A stretch of DNA of 64,000 bases from a virus: the IMG/VR virus record IMGVR_UViG_3300032287_003765, positions 4,924 to 68,923 of that record. One strand, written 5' to 3'. This document shows, piece after piece, positions 9,924 through 19,888 of the stretch. The notes below the pieces were generated by a model, which made no database searches, had not been told where the DNA came from, and saw only the letters and a list, made by a program, of their open reading frames with translations. The translations under genes were made by a program, and so were the position numbers. The stretch's first letter is position 1. Each line of letters opens with the position of its first letter.

Positions 9924-10348
9924 AATACGTTTGTCAAACTCTGTTTGATATCACAGCCACTGGAACCACAGGACATTTTCGTGCCACACGTGTGCCTTTT
10001 CAGGATCAAGCAGGCAATCTGATCACTGATCAAGAATCGTGGAACCGTTCCAGAAATCAGCAACGCAACTGGGAAACCTTGACACAAATCTTGAGTTTGC
10101 GCACTCAGTTGTTTGATCTGACCAATCCCATACAAGACAGCAAAGGTATCAGCTGGATGTTTGAATTTGAAACCGAACAGGATGGTGTTTTTGGAGACAA
10201 CCAGGACCCTGTGAGTGTGTTGCGGGTTGATGCAGATGGAGTCCCCATGTTGTTAGACCTGGACAATCGATCTGATTTGATTCCGGTATTGCGCACACAG
10301 GGTGCAGATCAAAACATATGGTTTGCACCTATGGCCATAAATACTTGA
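9920..10348 (+). CDS. hypothetical protein (142 aa)
   Basis: ATGA overlap with the previous ORF. Confidence 0.7.
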   Translation: MKYVCQTLFDITATGTTGHFRATRVPFQDQAGNLITDQESWNRSRNQQRNWETLTQILSLRTQLFDLTNPIQDSKGISWMFEFETEQDGVFGDNQDPVSVLRVDADGVPMLLDLDNRSDLIPVLRTQGADQNIWFAPMAINT

Positions 10349-10350
10349 CT

Positions 10351-10614
10351 ATGAGTGAAGCCACTGAAATTGAAAAGAAAAGCCTGGAAGCACACGTGGA
10401 ACTGTGTGCTGAACGCTACAACCAGCTGGAAGCCAGGTTTGAGCACGTGGATGGCAAGATCGGCCACTTGGACACACTGTTGCGTGAAGTGCATGACATG
10501 ATACAACGCATGAGCGACAAACGCACAGACCAACTCATAGGCTGGGGTGTGGGTCTGATTGGTGCACTGTCGGCCGCTGTGATATATCTGGTCACAAACT
10601 ACGTATTCAAATGA
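10351..10614 (+). CDS. small coiled-coil protein with a C-terminal TM helix (holin/XhlA-like architecture)
   Basis: Start at MSEATE, 7 nt after TAAATA; TM segment LIGWGVGLIGALSAAVIYLV. Confidence 0.55.
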   Translation: MSEATEIEKKSLEAHVELCAERYNQLEARFEHVDGKIGHLDTLLREVHDMIQRMSDKRTDQLIGWGVGLIGALSAAVIYLVTNYVFK

Positions 10615-11117
10615 TTCGAGAACAAGATGTTGAACGCATGTTCCGCCAGGAATTTCGCGATCTCATGCCCAATGTGATCTGGCAAAACGACAACGGCGTC
10701 TACGAAGTATTTGACCGCTACAGGATCTCTCCGTCAAAAACAGGTTATACAGTGTTTTGCTCGGCCACAGAAGTGGGCACATTTAGCTCTACCCGTTCAG
10801 CCCTGAGCTGGTGCATAGCCGACAAACATTGTGCCTACAACACTGCCCGAGAACTGTTAGAAACCGATCGTAAATTGACTTATTTGACACACGACATAGC
10901 CACTAGAGCTGGCATTGGTGATCGCAGCCGTGATCCTGTGTTGCGCGAAACCATTTTGGCCAAGCTGGAAAGCAAGATCATACACAAAAAACACTTGGAA
11001 AATCAACTGACCAAATGTGTCAAGTGGGCTAAATATGTTCAACAACGAGGATTTGAAGATGAAACTCAACGAATTGGCCGTGGCCAACCCAACAAAACAA
11101 GCCGCCAAGGTATTTGA
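10611..11117 (+). CDS. hypothetical protein (168 aa)
   Basis: Start/stop overlap with the previous ORF. Confidence 0.7.
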   Translation: MIREQDVERMFRQEFRDLMPNVIWQNDNGVYEVFDRYRISPSKTGYTVFCSATEVGTFSSTRSALSWCIADKHCAYNTARELLETDRKLTYLTHDIATRAGIGDRSRDPVLRETILAKLESKIIHKKHLENQLTKCVKWAKYVQQRGFEDETQRIGRGQPNKTSRQGI

Positions 11118-11931
11118 AAGCTACTTTGGCAATACCGTCAAATTTGACCAGATAACCCCGCCGCAGGCTCGTGGCATGCTCAAGCGTGTGCGTGGCATGA
11201 TAGCCGAACATCGTAGAACTCCAGCGTTCCACAGCAGTGAGCAAAATCCTGCTTATTTGAAATTGGTGGTCATGGAACAGGCCCTGGCCACACAGGCCAT
11301 GGCACCTGCCACAGTGCCAGTAGATCCACGCAAACAAGCGGCTCTGCAGAGTGCGCGAGTGGCCCAAGACAAACGCAACAAACAAGATCAAATCCGTGAC
11401 ATTGAAAAACAGGTTACCGATCTCAACAAACAAAAAGCTGATCTACAACGTGGCATGAACATGCCTACCATGGAAGGTCGTAGAAGTCTTCGTCAACGAC
11501 TCAAAGAAGCGTCGGAAGTGCAACAGGCACAGGTTGTGTTGGCCAGTCAAGACATGGTTGATCAAGTGCAGAAAATGAGCGAACAAATTTCAGCCATGCA
11601 GTTCAAAGACCTGCCAGCCTTGGTAGATCAGATCAAGAACGAAGTTGGCACAGATCAGGCCATGCAGTTCAACACCGATGCCACAGCCGCTCTGGCAGGC
11701 CTCCTGCAGAACTTACAAGGCGCCAAGACACAGTTAGAAGCCGCCTTGGGTGTGGTCACAGGACAAGCCCCTACCATTCCTGGTGCCGACATGACAGCTG
11801 GTGCCAACTTGGGTGCAGAGATGCCAGCTGAATTACCCGCTCCAGGCGAAGAAATCTCAGTAACAGACACTGAAATTGAAGAACCTGGCACAGAAACTCT
11901 AGGTACATCATTGGGCCGTGCTCGTAGATAA
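11059..11931 (+). CDS. helical, acidic-tailed putative scaffold/internal head protein
   Basis: TAAATA at 11030, GAGG SD; coiled-coil; LNE/TME/LKE sites. Exact start uncertain. Confidence 0.55.
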   Translation: MKLNELAVANPTKQAAKVFESYFGNTVKFDQITPPQARGMLKRVRGMIAEHRRTPAFHSSEQNPAYLKLVVMEQALATQAMAPATVPVDPRKQAALQSARVAQDKRNKQDQIRDIEKQVTDLNKQKADLQRGMNMPTMEGRRSLRQRLKEASEVQQAQVVLASQDMVDQVQKMSEQISAMQFKDLPALVDQIKNEVGTDQAMQFNTDATAALAGLLQNLQGAKTQLEAALGVVTGQAPTIPGADMTAGANLGAEMPAELPAPGEEISVTDTEIEEPGTETLGTSLGRARR

Positions 11932-12272
11932 TGTTGATCCGTGAGTTTGCAGGAAACCGACCTGATACATCAAAACTTGCAGCCTTGAGCAAGTTCCTGT
12001 CAGGGCGTGCTGAGGATGAATCAGCACGCAAACAGATCAGTCAAGACGCTTTCATTCAAGCTGCCAAAAGTTTAGGAGTTAACGTTACTCCAGACAATCT
12101 AGGTGATCTTATCAGCCAGGAACCTCTCAGCAACATCCTGGAGCCACTTGAACCTAATTCTGGTGTGGTTAGATTCAAAGGTAACACTGAAGCCGCTACC
12201 GGAATGAGTGTTGACCAGGCTCGAGCCGTGGTCGATGCCAATGCCAAGCAGGCCATGAAACGGCGGATGTAA
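11931..12272 (+). CDS. hypothetical late protein (113 aa)
   Basis: TAATG coupling; N-terminus MLIREF. Confidence 0.7.
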   Translation: MLIREFAGNRPDTSKLAALSKFLSGRAEDESARKQISQDAFIQAAKSLGVNVTPDNLGDLISQEPLSNILEPLEPNSGVVRFKGNTEAATGMSVDQARAVVDANAKQAMKRRM

Positions 12273-12321
12273 ATCAGTTGTTGGTTGTGTTAACAATTCC
12301 AGATGTGTTATAATAAGTTAT

Positions 12322-13500
12322 ATGATAAAGTATACACTCATATCCAGACCCCCCGGCAGTATTCCTGATTATGAATATCTGGCAAAACAATGTTTGGAAA
12401 ATGTAAACGTTCCTGGGGAATGTTATACCTTTCATTATGATCCCTGGGGAGTCACCACCGGAATACCTATTGAACAAGAACTAAGCAGTTATAAATTTAC
12501 TACCGATGTGGTATATTTTGTAGTTTTTGACGGAATTAGTGGTTTAAATGAATTTGATTGGTATTCTTGGAAACCCGGACAACCTTATGAGGGATTGTCA
12601 TTTCTGGAAAGTTTGTGCGCTCAGTATCCTGATACAAAATTCATAATTTTTACTTCTATATATGGATTGTCTAAACTTTGTTTGCAACCTAACATGTATT
12701 TCATTGATCTTCCTCCAGGATTTGCAAATAATCATTATGAACTAGAAATCAGCAACCATAAAAATTTTGAGTCTGAAAAACCCTGCATCTACTTGAATAG
12801 AGGGCCAAGTTTTATGCGTTTGACTGCACTGAGCTACATGCTGGCCAAGAATTTAGATAAATTCTGCCATGTGACTGTTAGCAACAAGATACAAGAAGTT
12901 GCAGAAAAAGCCAAACATTTTTATCATCATGTGACCTTTCAGATGACTCCCGATGAAAGAAAATTTCTAGACATAGGTTGGCAGAAAATCATACACTGGC
13001 CAGACATAAACAAGGAGATTCAAGATTTTTATTTCACCCAAAATCGATACAATGATAATGTAGGTAATTGGAACACTCACCTATTAAAAAAATATCAACA
13101 TAGTTTTTTGGAAATTATAGCATCTACTAGCTTCAATGATCCCATTAATTCATTCAGCGAAAAAAATTGTCATCAATTCTACAGCAGGAATTTTCCACTT
13201 ACTTTAACCAGCAAAGGAGGTGTTAAATACCTAGAAGACATAGGTTTCGACATGTTTGCGGATGTGTTGGATCACTCATATGACAGCATAGAAGATCCAT
13301 ACCTAAGACTCAAGGCAGTGTTTGATCTTAATCAAGACTTGCTGATGGACCCAGATTTGATTAAATCTTTATGGAAAAAACACGAACATAGGTTTAATCA
13401 TAACATAGCTCAAATACCTGTTATATTGGAGAAACTGGAACATCGCACACGTCAGCAATTTAGTGGACTTGCGAAAACTCTGGCAATCACAAATCATTAA
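12322..13500 (+). CDS. putative glycosyltransferase-like protein (paralog family A)
   Basis: LEIIAST...FSEKN...FP...GFDMFADVLDHSYDSIED..R block; AT-rich. Confidence 0.45.
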   Translation: MIKYTLISRPPGSIPDYEYLAKQCLENVNVPGECYTFHYDPWGVTTGIPIEQELSSYKFTTDVVYFVVFDGISGLNEFDWYSWKPGQPYEGLSFLESLCAQYPDTKFIIFTSIYGLSKLCLQPNMYFIDLPPGFANNHYELEISNHKNFESEKPCIYLNRGPSFMRLTALSYMLAKNLDKFCHVTVSNKIQEVAEKAKHFYHHVTFQMTPDERKFLDIGWQKIIHWPDINKEIQDFYFTQNRYNDNVGNWNTHLLKKYQHSFLEIIASTSFNDPINSFSEKNCHQFYSRNFPLTLTSKGGVKYLEDIGFDMFADVLDHSYDSIEDPYLRLKAVFDLNQDLLMDPDLIKSLWKKHEHRFNHNIAQIPVILEKLEHRTRQQFSGLAKTLAITNH

Positions 13501-13515
13501 GGAGATATATAATAT

Positions 13516-13896
13516 ATGGCTTATTCTGACAAAGTTATTGATCACTATGAGAATCCCAGAAACGTGGGCAAAATGGATACGGGCGATGTCAATGTGGGCA
13601 CCGGCATGGTGGGAGCTCCGGCCTGCGGTGATGTCATGAAACTGCAAATAAGGGTAGAAGATGGGATCATACGAGATGCGAAATTCAAAACATACGGGTG
13701 TGGGTCGGCGATCGCGAGTAGCAGTCTCGTCACGGAGTGGGTCAAAGGAAAAACGCTTGAGCAGGCTGGATCAATTAAGAACAGTGACATCGCTGAAGAA
13801 CTCGCGCTACCGCCAGTTAAGATCCATTGCAGTATCCTTGCGGAAGACGCTATTAAGGCGGCCATAGAAGATTATAGAAAAAAACATCCACAGTGA
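13516..13896 (+). CDS. iscU: Fe-S cluster scaffold IscU
   Basis: MAYSDKVIDHYENPRNVG, APACGDVM, YGCGSAIASSS, LPPVKIHC. Confidence 0.97.
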   Translation: MAYSDKVIDHYENPRNVGKMDTGDVNVGTGMVGAPACGDVMKLQIRVEDGIIRDAKFKTYGCGSAIASSSLVTEWVKGKTLEQAGSIKNSDIAEELALPPVKIHCSILAEDAIKAAIEDYRKKHPQ

Positions 13897-14213
13897 TTAC
13901 AGCAACTGACACAGCTACAAAAAAAATAGTTGAAAATTTACAACGCAGAGGGCAAGGATTGGGCATACGTCTTGGTGTGCGTACCACTGGATGCAGTGGC
14001 TTGGCCTACGTGCTAGAATATGTTGATCAAGTCACCGACGATGACATGACCTATGACATGAAAGATTTCGTCATTGTGGTTGATCCTAAGAGCTCAGTAT
14101 ATTTAGAAGGTTTAGAAATAGACTATGTACGTCAAGGACTAAACGAAGGTTTTGAATTTAACAACCCTTTAGAAAAAGACCGCTGTGGATGCGGAGAAAG
14201 TTTCCGGGTCTAG
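13893..14213 (+). CDS. iscA: A-type Fe-S carrier IscA
   Basis: TGCSGLAY and C-terminal CGCGESF. Confidence 0.95.
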   Translation: MITATDTATKKIVENLQRRGQGLGIRLGVRTTGCSGLAYVLEYVDQVTDDDMTYDMKDFVIVVDPKSSVYLEGLEIDYVRQGLNEGFEFNNPLEKDRCGCGESFRV

Positions 14214-14214
14214 T

Positions 14215-14925
14215 TTGTTAAACTCCAAATTTGATTATCAACCCTTGAATCGGGTCACAGAAGACGGTTGCCGCCTCTACGACACACCTGGCGGCAAGTT
14301 ACCCAGTGTTACTACCATACTAGATCGAACCAAGCCCGAGGAAAAGAAACAAGCTCTAAACGAGTGGAAACGCAGAGTAGGTCACGCACAAGCACAACAG
14401 ATCACCACAGAAGCTGCCAATCGCGGCACAAGAATGCACACCTATCTTGAACACTATGTCAAAACCGGTGAATTGCGTGAAAAAGGATCAAATCCTTTTG
14501 GTTGGGCCAGTCATGCCATGGCCCAAACCGTGATTGAAGACGGACTTAAAAATGTGCAGGAATTCTGGGGCGTAGAAATACCTTTGTATTTTCCCAAACT
14601 GTATGCAGGAACCAGCGATGGAGCAGGCATACACATGAAAGAAGAAAGTATCTTGGATTACAAGCAAACCAACAAACCCAAACGCAGAGAGTGGATTGAA
14701 GACTATTTCCTGCAGTTAGCAGCCTATGCTCTGGCCCATAACGAAGTGTATGGCACAAACATACGCAAAGGTGTGGTCTTAATGTGCGTGAAACCACCGG
14801 TAGACGCACAAGGTCGTCCTATGGCTCGCCCTGAATATCAAGAATTCGTGCTGGAAAACGCGGATTTTGACCACTGGGTCGATGCCTGGTGGCGCAGATT
14901 AGAGCACTATTACATGCTAGCCTAA
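14215..14925 (+). CDS. PD-(D/E)XK exonuclease (Cas4/RecB-like phage nuclease)
   Basis: LPSVTTIL, RGTRMH, E..L...YAGTSD, LDYKQT, YFLQLAAY. Likely TTG start at 14215 (ORF track starts at 14185). Confidence 0.8.
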   Translation: MLNSKFDYQPLNRVTEDGCRLYDTPGGKLPSVTTILDRTKPEEKKQALNEWKRRVGHAQAQQITTEAANRGTRMHTYLEHYVKTGELREKGSNPFGWASHAMAQTVIEDGLKNVQEFWGVEIPLYFPKLYAGTSDGAGIHMKEESILDYKQTNKPKRREWIEDYFLQLAAYALAHNEVYGTNIRKGVVLMCVKPPVDAQGRPMARPEYQEFVLENADFDHWVDAWWRRLEHYYMLA

Positions 14926-14963
14926 ACCAGCTAAATACTGTATAGAATTCAAGGACGACTCAA

Positions 14964-16538
14964 GTGGCTATTGTACAAATATCTCAGATAACAAATCGCA
15001 AAGGTTTGGCAGAAAATCTTCCGCAATTGTCAGGCGCGGAACTAGGATGGAGCATAGACACACGTCAGCTCTACATAGGTAACGGCACGCTTGAAGAAGG
15101 TGCTCCAGTGATTGGCAACACAGAAATCCTGACAGAATTCAGTGATATTTTAAACTTTACCAACACATATACCTACAAAGGCGAAGCTGCCGGTTATATA
15201 GTACAAACAGGACCCACCACCGATGAGCCGGTGACTCAAAGTCTACAAAGCTGGTTGGATCAGTTTGCTACAGTAAAAGACTTTGGGGCAGTAGGTGACG
15301 GAGTAACCGATGACACCGAAGCTATCAATAGAGCCTTGTATCAACTGTATTGTAGAGAAACAAATCCACAGATCAGGCGCGGTTTGTTTTTCCCGGCTGG
15401 TGTGTATCGTGTAACCAGTGCTATCAAAATTCCTCCTTATGCAACTCTTTGGGGGGAAGGATCACAAGGATCGGTCATAGCCATGGACGACGGAATCACA
15501 GATTATGTGGCAGTCACGGCCGACAGCAATCAGGCCACAGGAGCCAACATAGGCAACGCAGGAGCCACTCCACCACAAAATATCACTATTTCAAACATGG
15601 GGTTTTTGCACAATGATGTCACTGGCAGTGTGTTCCTGATCGAGTCAGCCAACACCATGGAATTTGCCAATGTGAGTTTCACTGGTGCATCACCCATTGA
15701 ACAACTTGACACAGACACCAATGGCAGTATCGGTATAAGTTTTACTGGCACAGGAGTATTGCCCATACTCCAGATAGTTTTTGACAATTGTCAATTTTAT
15801 TCCTTGGTCTGGGCCATGAACAATGATTATCGGACTCAGAATGTGATTGTTCGTAATTGTTATCTAGGTAGTCTGTATCAAGGTATTGTGTTGGGCACCG
15901 GTGCTCTAGTATTAAATGGTCCTACTGGTACCAAAATCATGGGTAACATGTTTGATTTGATCTATGCCGAAGGTATAATTTTCGGCGATGTGTCGCTGAA
16001 TGCTTCAGGACACAACATGTTCTACGATGTAGCCAATGGTTTTGTTGGATCTCCTCTTGCCAGTATCATCGAAATACAAGGCAACAACAATGTCAGTATC
16101 AGTGACATGTTTCAACGCAGTGATCTATTTGCTGTAACTTATCCCAGAATCAATCTGAACAACACCGTCAGCATCGCTACCGACAATGGCGCCGCCATTG
16201 AAATGGGAACCTATACCAGGAAAAGTGGTTTGGTTCAAAATCTGATCAACGATGACACACAAACTATCTTTACCATAGACTCTGACAAGATTTCGGCATT
16301 TTCGTTGAATTATACCGTTACACGTGGAACTGCCATACGCACAGGCACCTTAGTAGTATCAGCATCAACCGGTGACAGCACCGGAGATTTGAATTACAGT
16401 GATGACTATGTTCAAAACAGTGACCCCGGTTTGACGATCAATGTTTCTCAGGTATCCAATACAATCACAGTAAGCTATACTACCAATGACATTGGAATTC
16501 CTGGCACCATGCTTTATTCTATCAACTATTTGTCTTGA
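14964..16538 (+). CDS. tail spike/baseplate protein with pectate-lyase-like beta-helix
   Basis: GELGW..DT..LYIGNG anchor; TVKDFGAVGDGVTDDT...FFPAGVY; late motif at 14932. Confidence 0.75.
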   Translation: MAIVQISQITNRKGLAENLPQLSGAELGWSIDTRQLYIGNGTLEEGAPVIGNTEILTEFSDILNFTNTYTYKGEAAGYIVQTGPTTDEPVTQSLQSWLDQFATVKDFGAVGDGVTDDTEAINRALYQLYCRETNPQIRRGLFFPAGVYRVTSAIKIPPYATLWGEGSQGSVIAMDDGITDYVAVTADSNQATGANIGNAGATPPQNITISNMGFLHNDVTGSVFLIESANTMEFANVSFTGASPIEQLDTDTNGSIGISFTGTGVLPILQIVFDNCQFYSLVWAMNNDYRTQNVIVRNCYLGSLYQGIVLGTGALVLNGPTGTKIMGNMFDLIYAEGIIFGDVSLNASGHNMFYDVANGFVGSPLASIIEIQGNNNVSISDMFQRSDLFAVTYPRINLNNTVSIATDNGAAIEMGTYTRKSGLVQNLINDDTQTIFTIDSDKISAFSLNYTVTRGTAIRTGTLVVSASTGDSTGDLNYSDDYVQNSDPGLTINVSQVSNTITVSYTTNDIGIPGTMLYSINYLS

Positions 16539-16951
16539 TTTGGCCTGACACCTTTGTCGCCCGATTGACAAGCTGGAACCAATTACGGTTGGTCACCAAA
16601 GAAATTCCTTGCGAATCTGCGTTGTTTCAAATAAATCAATGGTGGTTTAGAGCACCCTGGCGACCTTACTATCTACATTGGGATGATCAAGACAACTGGC
16701 CAGATCCTTGGCAACTTTTGAACGACAACATCTATTGTGAACTTGCAAGAGGCTTGGGAATCCTGTATACTATAACTTTGTTGGACCGTGCAGACTTGGC
16801 CCCAGTAGACCTAATTTTGACAGAATCTGGATATAATTTAGTCCGCGTGTCCAAAGAAAAATATATACTTAATTGGGAATCTGATAGTATTGTAAATACC
16901 AACCTAGCAGAAAAAATCAAACGGCAGTGCCAGCAATACCAAATAATTTAG
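16535..16951 (+). CDS. hypothetical protein (138 aa, Trp-rich, WPDPWQL)
   Basis: Coupled ORF. Confidence 0.65.
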   Translation: MIWPDTFVARLTSWNQLRLVTKEIPCESALFQINQWWFRAPWRPYYLHWDDQDNWPDPWQLLNDNIYCELARGLGILYTITLLDRADLAPVDLILTESGYNLVRVSKEKYILNWESDSIVNTNLAEKIKRQCQQYQII

Positions 16952-16961
16952 AACGAGACAC

Positions 16962-19283
16962 ATGACGCAAATTATAGTAGTAAAGAGAAGCGGACAACGC
17001 GAGCCATTGCACATTGAAAAATGGCAGGCACAGGTGGCCAAAGTTTGTCAAGGCATAGCTGACGTCAGTCAGAGCATGATAGAAATCAAAGCACAGTTGC
17101 ATTTTTATGATGGCATCACTACCCAAGAAATTGATGGCATCACCTTGCGAGCCATTGTAGACTTGATTGATGTAGAGGCCAATCCTGACGTGGGCCACAC
17201 CAACTATCAATATGTGGCCGGCAAACAAAGATTAAGTATGTTACGCAAAGACGTATATGGTAGCTACCAGCCTCCGCATTTGTATGAAATTGTCAAACGA
17301 AATGTAGAAGTGGGTCTTTACACTCCAGAACTGTTGCACTGGTATACTGAAGAAGATTGGAACCGCATGAACGATATCATCGATCATGACAAAGATGAGG
17401 AATACAGTTATGCAGCCATTGAACAACTTATTGAGAAGTATCTTGTACGCAATCGCGCTACGAAGGAGATCTATGAGACTCCACAAGTTAGGTATATGGT
17501 CGCGGCCGCTACGGTCTTTCATAAGGAAGAACCTGGATCGGCACGTATGCGTCTCATCCGCGAGTATTACAACTGTGCGAGCGATGGTCTATTTACTCTT
17601 GCTACACCTGTGCTGGCTGGTCTTGGCACTCCAACTAAACAGTTTAGCAGTTGTGTGCTTATCCGCAGTGACGACGATCTGGATAGCATATTTGCTAGTG
17701 GGGAGATGATGGCCAAGTATGCGGCCAAGCGAGCCGGCATCGGCTTGGAGGTTGGTCGCCTGCGTCCACTGGGTTCCGCCATTCGCGGTGGTGAAGTCAT
17801 GCACACCGGCATGATTCCATTTCTTAAAAAATGGTTTGGAGATTTGCGCTCATGCAGCCAAGGAGGTATCCGTAATGCAAGTGCTACTGTGTTCTATCCT
17901 ATCTGGCATTATCAATTTGATGATCTCATTGTGCTCAAGAACAATCAAGGCACTGAAGAAACACGAGTCCGACACATGGATTACGGAGTGGTACTGTCAT
18001 CGTTCTTTTGGCGGCGTTTTAAGAACAAGGAACAGATTACGTTCTTTGATCCTAATGAGGTGCCAGATCTGTATGAAGCATTTTACAAAGATACAAAAAA
18101 GTTTGAAGAACTGTATGTGAAGTATGAACGTAAACGTGATCTTCGTAAAAAGGTCATGAGTGCCGAAGAAGTTTTCAAAGGCGGCATACTTAAGGAGAGA
18201 ACTGACACAGGTCGTATCTACTTGGTGTTTATCGACAATGTCATGAACCAGGGACCCTTTGATCCTGAGTATCATACCATCTATCAGTCAAATTTATGCT
18301 GTGAAATTCTATTACCTACTAAGCCCTTTCGCCGCTTGGATGACGATGCTGGCCGTATTGCTTTATGCACGCTGGGATCAATCAACTGGGGTGCGTTCCG
18401 TAATCCAGAAGACATGCGTCGGGCTTGCCGCATACTGCAGCGCAGTCTATGTAATATACTGGACTATCAAGACTTTTTGAGCATCCAGAGCATGCTCAGC
18501 AACCAAGAGATCCAGCCCTTGGGCATTGGTGTCACAAACCTGGCCTACTGGCATGCCAAGCGTGGATTAAAGTATGGAGACAAAGATGCCTTGGCCGAAG
18601 TCAAGACCTGGATGGAACATCAGGCCTACTATCTGACCGAAGCAACTATAGAACTTGCCCGAGAGCGTGGTCCTTGCAGTCACAGCGGTCTTACCCGTTA
18701 CGGTCAAGGTGTGTTTCCCTGGGAGCTACGAGCCAAAGCTGTCAATGAGTTGACCAGCTTTAAACCAGAATTGGATTGGGAACGTCTTCGTGAACAAATC
18801 AAAGTATACGGAGTGCGCAACGCCACACTCATGGCTATCGCTCCTGTGGAATCAAGCAGTGTTGTGATCAATTCGACCAATGGCATTGAGATGCCCATGA
18901 GCCTGATCACAGTCAAGGAAAGTAAAGCTGGTAGCCTGATCCAGGTGGTTCCAGAATACAACAAACTTAAAAACCGGTATCAGCTCATGTGGGATCAGCC
19001 TGACTGTGTGGGCTACATCAAGACCGCGGCAGTGTTGGCAGCCTACGTGGATCAAAGTATCAGCACCAACACATTCTACAATCCTGCACACTTTGCCGAC
19101 CGCAAGGTGCCAACTACCTTGATTGCCAAGAATCTCATGTTGGCGCATCGCTGGGGATTAAAGACTTTCTACTACAGCCTGATCAACAAACAAGGATCAA
19201 AGGCACAAGATGAGGATGTAGCCGAACTGGCCAAAATAGACGTTGACATGGTTGAGGAAGATTGTGAAGCGTGTAAATTATAA
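16962..19283 (+). CDS. nrdA: ribonucleotide reductase class Ia alpha subunit
   Basis: ATP cone (VVKRSG), FSSC, SNLCCEI, APVESSS, KTFYY, C-terminal CEAC. Confidence 0.97.
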   Translation: MTQIIVVKRSGQREPLHIEKWQAQVAKVCQGIADVSQSMIEIKAQLHFYDGITTQEIDGITLRAIVDLIDVEANPDVGHTNYQYVAGKQRLSMLRKDVYGSYQPPHLYEIVKRNVEVGLYTPELLHWYTEEDWNRMNDIIDHDKDEEYSYAAIEQLIEKYLVRNRATKEIYETPQVRYMVAAATVFHKEEPGSARMRLIREYYNCASDGLFTLATPVLAGLGTPTKQFSSCVLIRSDDDLDSIFASGEMMAKYAAKRAGIGLEVGRLRPLGSAIRGGEVMHTGMIPFLKKWFGDLRSCSQGGIRNASATVFYPIWHYQFDDLIVLKNNQGTEETRVRHMDYGVVLSSFFWRRFKNKEQITFFDPNEVPDLYEAFYKDTKKFEELYVKYERKRDLRKKVMSAEEVFKGGILKERTDTGRIYLVFIDNVMNQGPFDPEYHTIYQSNLCCEILLPTKPFRRLDDDAGRIALCTLGSINWGAFRNPEDMRRACRILQRSLCNILDYQDFLSIQSMLSNQEIQPLGIGVTNLAYWHAKRGLKYGDKDALAEVKTWMEHQAYYLTEATIELARERGPCSHSGLTRYGQGVFPWELRAKAVNELTSFKPELDWERLREQIKVYGVRNATLMAIAPVESSSVVINSTNGIEMPMSLITVKESKAGSLIQVVPEYNKLKNRYQLMWDQPDCVGYIKTAAVLAAYVDQSISTNTFYNPAHFADRKVPTTLIAKNLMLAHRWGLKTFYYSLINKQGSKAQDEDVAELAKIDVDMVEEDCEACKL

Positions 19284-19864
19284 TGAAACAACCGCATTGC
19301 CATGTCATCACGCACGAGTCTTCTCTGGTGTTTGATGATTGTGTCAAAAGCCTAAGATTGCATGCATGGAATTTTACTAAAGTCAGTGCAATAGATGGAC
19401 ACAGAATCACACAGGAACATTGGAAAAAAATAAGAGTCAGCATGAACGAACAAGGAAAAATGCCACGTAGACCCGGAGCACAAGGATGTTGGCATTCGCA
19501 TTGGGCTTTGTGGAATCATTGCGTGGAGTCTAATGAACCTATAGTGATCATGGAACACGATGCAGTGGTCAATGACATATGGCCAGACGATTTAGATATT
19601 TCTAATGGTGTGGTGAAACTTTTCAACACAGCCGAGTGCAAAGTGAATCCGGCATTTGGTCGATGGAGCAAAGGAGCTCATGCCTACACACTGACTCCTA
19701 ATCAAGCACAACGTTTGATTGATCATGCTAGACAACACGGAGCACAAGCAGTAGACAAACATTTGGGGGATTTGGTGGTGCCTTGGTTTTTTTATTCCCG
19801 GGATCTAGTCACATTAAATCCAAGACGTGGACCTTCCAGCACGAGTCCAATCAAACGTCATTAA
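19283..19864 (+). CDS. glycosyltransferase family 25-like protein
   Basis: SAIDG, GCWHSH..LW, IMEHDA, GAHAY, AVD; lies between nrdA and nrdB. Confidence 0.75.
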   Translation: MKQPHCHVITHESSLVFDDCVKSLRLHAWNFTKVSAIDGHRITQEHWKKIRVSMNEQGKMPRRPGAQGCWHSHWALWNHCVESNEPIVIMEHDAVVNDIWPDDLDISNGVVKLFNTAECKVNPAFGRWSKGAHAYTLTPNQAQRLIDHARQHGAQAVDKHLGDLVVPWFFYSRDLVTLNPRRGPSSTSPIKRH

Positions 19865-19888
19865 ATATAACAACAAAAGAGAACAATT

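Noticed and set aside
14185-14925. Cas4-like nuclease as a sign of CRISPR-Cas
   Set aside because: No repeat-spacer array or other cas genes seen, and no four-Cys Fe-S cluster motif; stand-alone PD-(D/E)XK nucleases are common in phages.
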